From contig CM082576.2 in the NCBI GenBank assembly GCA_040954595.2, positions 17,655,028 through 17,719,027 on the forward strand: a stretch of DNA of 64,000 nt, given 5' to 3'. The position numbers and the translations under genes were made by a program. Below are positions 56,321 to 64,000 of this stretch, piece after piece (position 1 is the first letter of the stretch; each line of letters starts with the position of its first letter). The notes beneath the pieces were generated by a model. The model had not been told where the DNA came from. It saw nothing but the letters and a program-made list of their open reading frames with translations, and did no database searches. The DNA is from Balanoglossus misakiensis. Its lineage: Eukaryota; Animalia; Hemichordata.

Positions 56321-56842
56321 TTAGTTCGTTGATATCGGTGGACATAGAGGCTCTGCAAGACCTTCGTAATCACTTTTCGTCATAGGCGCCTCCCACGAAG
56401 TCATACCCGTCAATTCCCGCGGCGGGTAGCTGATCCTCGATGACAACGGTGTGCTGGTCTCTCTATCATAGGGTTTCCTACCCCGTCTCTCCGTAGCATG
56501 TACTACGGCAGTCGTCATTCTCGGGATGTGTCTATGATGTCTCTTCTGTAGAGCTGGAGGTTCCTGTCTCGATGGCGTAGCATTCTGCAGAACATCAATT
56601 ACATCACCAACCGCGTCATCTATGTTAGCAATATGTGACTTGAGAATCTCCCATTCGCCAACGTCCGAGGCAAGACCCTTACGTGTCGGTAGATTTTTCT
56701 CATCATACTGACGGATATGAACTTTCACGCTGCCCTTCCACGTTGAAATTGACACGTATTTCCCTCGTTGGTTGAGCGCAAAACGTTTTTCATAGTTACC
56801 GGCCTCTGATGATATCTGCCCGTCGGATGTTTTGCGAGACAT
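56321..56842 (-). CDS. PC4-like ssDNA-binding domain protein (Polinton accessory)
   Basis: KYVSISTWKGSVKVHIRQYDEKNLPTRKGL...EW..L matches the PC4 signature. Confidence 0.75.
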   Translation of the reverse strand: MSRKTSDGQISSEAGNYEKRFALNQRGKYVSISTWKGSVKVHIRQYDEKNLPTRKGLASDVGEWEILKSHIANIDDAVGDVIDVLQNATPSRQEPPALQKRHHRHIPRMTTAVVHATERRGRKPYDRETSTPLSSRISYPPRELTGMTSWEAPMTKSDYEGLAEPLCPPISTN

Positions 56843-57164
56843 CGTAACGCTGATGACGATGAATAAGCCTGGTAATGTTATGAAGACGATGGCTTTACCG
56901 GAATGCTGGAGAGTCAGTCTGACCAGCTTTTTATGTCCCACTCTGAAACGCCTCCCTATCATCACATGTATGAGAATGACCCCCCTTATCGGTACCCAAG
57001 TAGCCACCGACCACGTGGGGGTTAATTAAATAGAAGTCTTGCCGAATTCAATAACTTTCTATACTTTTAATTAACGTCCCCATGAAAATATTTCATATCA
57101 TTACCATACTTATTAAACACCTACTCCATAAAAATACCTGCATCTCATTAATAATATGAATATT

Positions 57165-57480
57165 AACGAGTACCCAAATAGCCACTCATCATTAGCATAT
57201 CTGCATCTTATGAATACATGAATATATGATATGAATACATGCATATATGAATATTTGAATATATAATGAGTACCCAAGTAGCCACCTCATTAACATATCT
57301 GCATCTCATGAATACATGAATATATGATATGAATACATGAATATATGAATATTTGAATATATAATGAGTACCCAAATAGCCACCTCATTAACATATCTGC
57401 ATCTCATGAATACATGAATATATAATATGAATACATGAATATATGAATATATGAATATATAATGAGTGCCCAAATAGCCA
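57165..57480. repeat. ~98-bp tandem repeats in the Polinton right TIR
   Basis: Units at ~57165, 57265, 57363, 57461, each with AATGAGTACCCAARTAGCCAC and ATGAATA(C/T) subrepeats. Confidence 0.85.
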
Positions 57481-59499
57481 CGTATACTACTAACAACAGC
57501 GCAAGAAAACATTCCAAAGAAGTTATATTAAAATCACTGTTATGCAGCTGCAGGTATGTGTGATCCTCAGGCGTCCTGCCATGTCCAGAGTGAAGCACCT
57601 TGGGATATCTGTCACAGACCAATCGAAATCACCCATAAACGCATGCGTTATACCAGTCCAACTACATGTACAAGAGTGACCGAGGGGAATCTTACCAGCG
57701 ACGTGGGGCGCTGCCATGGAGGTTCCGCTCATTCTGTAGTAGTCGGAGTCTCCAGTGTGATACGCACTGTTGACGTCAGATCCAGGTGCCAGGATGTCGA
57801 CGCAGCTGCCGTAATTGGAGTAAGAGGCGAGGTCATCGCTAGAGGTGGTGGCTCCCACAGTTATTGCCTGCAATTACAGCGAAAGATATTGTAATATCAA
57901 ATAAGTTTCTACAACACAAGAGTTTTTTTGTTAGAAATCATTTAAAGTAGCACGCGCCACCAAAATCAACGTTTGAAACTTTTTCCCCTGTTGTGCTCAA
58001 GGTAATTATTCTGTCTAGTTTCTTCTAACAATATTTCCCGAGGGGCATACTGCCTTCATCATTATATCCCCATTTCCCTCTTAACAGATCGTAGAAAAAA
58101 TGTAGACCAAATACTGTCGTGCAAAAGATAGAATCCTGCATACCTTAGGAGCAGACGCGGGAGAGACATTACACGCATCCTGAGCTTCGTTTCCAGCGGC
58201 AACAATGATGATGTAACCGGCATCAGATAAACGTTGGACCGCATAGTTCAAAGATGAGGAAAAGCCACCACCTAAAGACATGGAAACCACCGCTGGTTTC
58301 ATATTGGCGCCGGCCACTGCATCCAAAGCTGTGCGAATATACAAGTAAGATTAAAGTTAGCACCTACCGAAAATAAGCAGTAATTTCAGTTTTAATACAC
58401 GGTCTGTCAAATGCGAAATGAAAATGTGTTTACAACACGAAAATACAGCGCGGGAACGCTGCAGATGGTCGGGAGCTGGGGATTTAACAAGCTGTTGTTT
58501 GGGCTTTAATAAGATGCTGTCGCCAACGGAGCTTACCTGCCACAATGCCACTGTTTGACCCAGAACCCCAACAATCCAGAACACGACACGAGTATAAAGT
58601 TACACCAGGTGCAACACCAACAGTTCTTTCACCAATGGTTCCAGCACAGTGAGTGCCATGTCCGTGACAGTCAGCTCCCTGTGAAATGTTAATGATAATG
58701 TATGGGAAAATGATAAGGCATACATGCAAGACTTTATAATATCAACTTGAATGCGAAGTGCAAAATTTATATCAAAGACCGCTTTTCTGTGTAAGATTAC
58801 AGTAAGAAAAGAAATTGACATTCTTTTTGTCTTTCTGGAATATGTCGCCTGATACGTGCCGATTTGTTCATACACAAACGCATGGCGGTGAAGTCAGGCT
58901 TTATGGTCGCATCGGATCTGACTATAATCTCCAATCCAAGTAACAGAAGACATTGATTTGATTGCGAGTTTTGGGTACAGAAATAAATAATACTGCGTGT
59001 AGACAAAAATATCATGAACATTATGAAAGGACTGCAATCGACTGATAGAAATGAATATTTTCGTTACATGTTATTTTTCAGTACGAAGCTCGGCAAATTT
59101 TCATGAGGTAACTTACATTTTTGCCATCTGAGAATGCATCGTAAAATGTACGTGCTCTTCCACCAAACTCATTGTGTGTGAAATGGATGCCAGTGTCCAT
59201 TACGAAGACGTTGACGCCAGTGCCATCGCCTAAATACAAGACAATCAATTCAGGAATATTATCGTGACTGACTTTACATAGATTTCTACAGCTTGGCTGA
59301 AATGTATCGAGGCAAAATCAGGTTTTAGAATCGACCAATCATATTTGAGTTGTAATGGACCAATCTCAAGCGAGATTGTGCACTCTGACAGTTTGCAATC
59401 TTTAAAATTCCTTTGCCCATGTAAAGTAAAAGGTGTTAATTTGAATAACAAAGATTTCCTGCGCTTTAGACCTATTATAAAAGCCTGCGAATTTTGTAA

Positions 59500-62400
59500 T
59501 AGGCAGTTCCAGTATTGTGTTTGTCTTAGCTGTTACTCATTACTAGTTGGCAATAAAGTCCGAAGTATTATTCTCTGATTGCTGGTGTCCGAGACTCAAT
59601 ACTGTCAAAAGATCCTTCCAACTGCAGTCGATATTTTTGGTGCCAAGACCAGGATGACAGACCTTTCCAAACTGAAGGCAACGAGACGTGGACACCGCGG
59701 TCAGATGACACGCTTGCTGAACAAGGCAGAAGTCCAGATTGCCGCTTACGAAAGAGAAGAAGACAAACAAGTAAGATTCGATGATTTTGCTGAATACAAG
59801 AGACTTGCTCAATGCTAAATACGACACGTTACTCGAAATCGACGTGAAGATCATCGAAAACACTCCTGAAGCCGGTCTTGATACTGCGATTGAAGAATCG
59901 GATAACTACATCCAAGAAGTATATGCAAAGAAAATTCGTGTGAGCCGATACATCGAACGACATCCATTCCCAAAGCTGCCCATCGCTGCTGGTGAAGGAA
60001 TCGCACAGGGGACCGCACCGTCCGTTTCCAATGCTTCTGCTTCAAGTTCTACGAGTTCAAATACAGACACGAAAGCGATCTCCTTACCCAAGCTACAGCT
60101 GCCTAGTTTTTCCGGAGACATTCTTACATGGATAAGCTTTTTCGATGCTTTCCGTTCCGCCGTACACGATAATGAATGCCTACAAAACGTTCAAAAGTTT
60201 CAGTACTTACGTGGTCTTCTCACTGATGAAGCCGCTCACGCGATTGAAGGACTTTCCCTGACCAGTGCTAACTATGCTCACGCTCTACAAATTCTACAAG
60301 ATAGATACGGACAATCGCACAAGATCATTAGTGCCTACATCCGGTCTTTGTGGCAGATTCAAAAACCGGACAGTGACGTATCTAGTTTGCGCCATTTTTA
60401 TGACACACTAGAAAGCTATATCCGCGGACTTCGCTCACTTGGGAAAGCTGAAGATTCCTATGGTGAATTACTTGTGCCGATAATTATGGCCAAATTGCCA
60501 GTTAACACTAGAAAACAGATTGCCAGGGATCACGGGGACAATTCCCGGAATTTGCCCGATCTGCGTAAAGCGTTACTTAGGGAAATCGATGCTATACAAG
60601 CTGGTCTGACCGTTGATATTGACGAGAATGCCGACACAAAACCCGCTCGACCCGCGCTCACCGCTACTTTCCACGCCAAATCTGGTTCTACTCGTCCGCG
60701 ACCGCCCAAACCCAGACAATGTGCTTACTGTAAAGGCACACACCTATCCGGGGACTGTACTGTTGTCGCCGATCCCAAGAAACGGATGGAAATAGTCAAG
60801 CGCGATCGATTGTGTTTCAATTGTCTGTCGAAACACCGTGTGAGTGAGTGTCTTTCGAAATTCTCCTGTAGACATTGTCAAAGAAGACATCATTCTTCGT
60901 TGCACGTTCATGAATCGAATAATAAAAAGCCCGCCGTCAACGCTAGTGTTGCAACTACGAGTTTCCCCGAAAGAGAAGATAAACCAGATGTTCAAGTTCA
61001 ATGTACAGAGACTGTCGATTACAAGGCTACCGGATCAGTTCTACTTAAGACCGCGATTATTCCGATTTCTGTTAACGACGGCTCTATCTACAACGCCACT
61101 GTGTTATTTGACGAGGGTGCAAACAGATCGTTTGTGACCGAAGAATTTGCTAAGAAAGTTCACGCGGATAACTTTACTTCCGAAACTGTAAGTCTTGCTT
61201 CGTTTGGGGATAATTGCGCACGTTCTCGCACGCTACAGAAAGGGACATTCGATTTGCATGTTCTGTCCGGTAAGAAAACGGCGGTAAATGCTCTACTTAT
61301 CCCAGACATATCTACTAAGATGACACGTTGCGTTGACTCTACATTATTGACTTTGCCATACTTGCGTGGTCTGAGATTAGCTCATCCGATGACAGGTGTC
61401 AATACATTCGATATAGACTTTCTTATCGGTGCTGATTACTATTGGGAATTCGTTGGAGACGAAATTATTCGAGGCGACGGACCAACAGCAGTATCATCGG
61501 TCTTCGGCTACCTACTTTTCGGTCCGTTAAGGCGCGGTAAAACTTCGAACGTCAATATACTTCACGTGTTTTCTGACACACGTAAAGAAGAAACCGCCAT
61601 TTCATCTTATTGGGACCTCGAAATGATAGGGGTCAAAGATGAATCGCGATCCGAAGTCAACACTATGAACAAAACTGCCTTCGAAGAGTACCGCGACACG
61701 CATCTCCGAATTGAAAACAATCAGTACATCGCACGATTGCCATGGAAACCCGAACATCGTCCACTCCCCACGAATTTCAAAGTCGCCGCGAACCGTACGC
61801 GCACCATGATTCGACGTTTACCTTCCGATTTGATAAACGCGTATGATAACATTATCCAAGAACAGAAGTCATGTGATTTTATAGAAGAAGTCAACGATGA
61901 CGATAACTCCGATGGTCACTACTTGCCACATCGTTCGGTCAAGAAAGACTCTGTTACTACGCCAATACGGGTTGTTTACGATTGCAGTTGTAAACAATCG
62001 ATTGATTCTCCAAGTCTGAATGACTGTCTGCAGAAAGGGCCGCCATTATTGAATGATCTCACGTCAATATTGCTTCGATTTCGTATGAATCCTATCGCTC
62101 TGACAAGTGACATTGAGAAGGCGTTTTTACAAGTGCGACTGGAGCCAGATGAACGTAAATATACAACATTTCTCTGGCTTTCAGATGTCAACAATCCAGA
62201 GAGCTATTTCAAGACTTTTCAATTCAAGTCTGTGCTATTCGGGGCAGTATGTTTTCCGTTTATACTCAACGCAGTGGTTAAAACGCACATGGAGAATAAT
62301 GCGGACAATCCGACAGCATCCGACCTAAAGAGTAACATTTACGTCGATAACGTTATTTCTGGATGTGACACCGAGGACGAAGCCATACAGTACTACAAAG

Positions 62401-63733
62401 AATCCAACCAGCTGATGAAATCGTGTGGTTTCAATTTACGCTCATGGTCATCCAACAACGACAAAGTCCGTTCACTTGCATGCAGTGACAATAAACTTGA
62501 TCCGACACCTGTTGTAAACTTATTGGGTTTACGTTGGCATACCGACCGTGATACATTGACATTCAAATCAATGAACCCACCGCTTACAAGTCAAATAACT
62601 ACGAAACGCGACGTTGTCAGCGTCACAGCTTCGCTATACGATCCACTCGGTTTGCTTTCCCCAGTACATGTCAAAGGCAAGCTATTTATTCAAGAACTGT
62701 GGAAACGCAAGTTAAATTGGGATGAACCGCTCGATGATGCGCTTACTGCGAAATGGGTGAAGATAGCCGCTGATCTACGTTCGAGTACAAGTACTACCGT
62801 TTCGCGACATTAGTTTCCTTTAAAGACTGTCGAAGATTATGAACCGATGTCTTTGCAGACGCTAGTACACAAGCCTACGGTGCTGTCGTCTATCTGCGTA
62901 ACCATGACAACAAAGCTACAGTTGTCATGGCGAAATCGAGAGTTGCTACCCTTTCGGACATTACGTTACCACGTTTGGAGCTGATGGCCGCATTGATTGC
63001 TACACGTCTGAGCAAATTTGTGTACAACGCCTTGTCAGAAAAGATAAGCATTTCGCGTCGTATTTTGTGGAGTGATTCGCAGATTGTATTGCATTGGATC
63101 AACAGTACCAAGAAGCTTCCGGTTTTTGTAGCCAATCGTGTTCGGGAAATAAATGAATTTCCCCACGTCTTCAAGTATTGTCCAACCGGGGACAATCCTG
63201 CTGATCTACTCACTCGAGGAATTAATGCTCTCGAACTTGAACAATCCACTCTCTGGTGGAATGGCCCATTCTGGCTTTCACAGAAAGGAAAATGGCCACT
63301 TTGCAGTTTATTTGAGAATCCAGTTCTACACGTTGCAACTGACCGTAATGACTCTGATCTACTTTCAACAGAAGACGAACTATCTCCTGTCAACCCCGTT
63401 GTCAAGGCAAACAAACCCCTGAAACGTCACGAGTCTACTCCATCTTCAACTACTACTGTGAAATCACCAACAACCGACATCGGAATTGAACATGTCATCG
63501 ATGTTGAGCGCTTTAATTCGCTGGAGAAGTTATTGCGAGTTACCACATACGTTTTACGATTCGTTTCACTACTGAAAGGCGAATCTTCACAAGTTCGCGG
63601 AACTTTAAACGTAGACGAAATGCAACGAGCTGAGCATGTGTGGATAAAAGATGTACAACAAATGCACTTTTCAAACGAGACTTGCGCCATACGAGAGAAC
63701 AATGCGAAATATGGTCCACTGGTGAAACAATAA
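59500..63733 (+). mobile_element. Second BEL/Pao retrotransposon (different family), 3'-truncated before integrase, in an intron of gene C
   Basis: PBS-like TGGTGCCAAGACCAGGAT (tRNA-His-like) at ~59638. Gag start MTDLSKLKATRRGHRG at 59654, then frameshift into the 1010-aa ORF (CCHC knuckles, LFDEGA protease, YVDN RT). RNase H at 62860-63733. LTR boundaries not resolved. Confidence 0.88.
59654..63733 (+). pseudogene. BEL/Pao gag-pol polyprotein (gag, PR, RT, RNase H)
   Basis: LPKLQLPSFSGD, CAYCKGTHLSGDC, CFNCLSKHRVSEC, DIEKAFLQV, IYVDNV, FADAS, PRLELMA, WSDS, NPADLLTRG. Confidence 0.9.
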
Positions 63734-64000
63734 AAGTAATCATACCTGTAAAGCAACTAATGAGGTATCCCAATTAAAGAAATGCAATGGTATTCTAAAC
63801 ATTTCTATTGTAAGATATTTTTGGTTTGCTCGAATGAATAGCACACACTTCGTATTCAGCCAGGTGTTACACGAAGTGATGCGCTGAAAGGCATTACGTA
63901 ACAAAACACTAGCCCATTTCAACAAACCGCCACTGGAAATAAATGCGAAATTTCTCCTTGCAATTTTTATTTCGAGTATCTAGTTCACAGTATCACATAA

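Larger units (their letters stand above)
37422..57491. mobile_element. Polinton/Maverick endogenous DNA virus-like element (defective)
   Basis: Right end ...ACTACT (57486-57491), the Polinton AGTAGT terminus. TIR remnants: 37422-37488 matches the reverse complement of the 57265-57480 repeats, and 38544-38810 matches the reverse complement of 56969-57110. Encodes pPolB, adenain protease, MCP, core protein, penton, integrase, PC4. Confidence 0.93.
36247..59229 (-). pseudogene. S8 protease paralog C + Pro linker + two Cys-rich CDDGG modules; 5' exons not in window
   Basis: Exons 59117-59229 (MDTG), 58537-58678 (HGTHCAG), 58144-58328, 57696-57867 (GTSMAAPHV), 37216-37410, 36675-36805, 36247-36371. 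Catalytic exon sizes 113/142/185/172 are identical to gene B. Polinton in the 57696/37410 intron. 1-nt frameshift in the first Cys-rich exon. Confidence 0.88.

Noticed and set aside
57165-57480. Regularly spaced repeats resembling a CRISPR array
   Set aside because: No unique spacers, no cas genes, eukaryotic context; they are Polinton TIR tandem repeats.
57944-58056. Possible short TTAA-type MITE fragments (also ~28560-28770, 32276-32424)
   Set aside because: Termini too degenerate to define boundaries.

Overview
Eukaryotic (animal, probably marine invertebrate; inferred from spliceosomal introns and the TE repertoire) window. It holds three paralogous intron-containing proteinase K/aqualysin-type S8 serine protease genes with the same intron positions across the catalytic domain but different C-terminal modules: A (+, PAN/Apple), B (+, Gly linker and two 5-repeat tectonin-like beta-propellers) and C (-, Pro linker and two Cys-rich CDDGG modules). 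Each copy has a lesion. The cluster is heavily invaded by mobile DNA. A full BEL/Pao retrotransposon sits inside an exon of A. A ~20 kb Polinton/Maverick sits in an intron of C and itself contains a non-autonomous LTR element and an ISL2EU-like (THAP-DDE + SWIM-YqaJ) transposon whose two genes are interleaved antisense. There are also a second truncated BEL, a CACTA element nested in a Helentron/HINE-like element, Kolobok-like MITEs, LINE, hAT and TatD remnants, and a 3x454-bp triplication of the catalytic-Asp exon. All calls come from reading the sequence by eye; no database searches were run.
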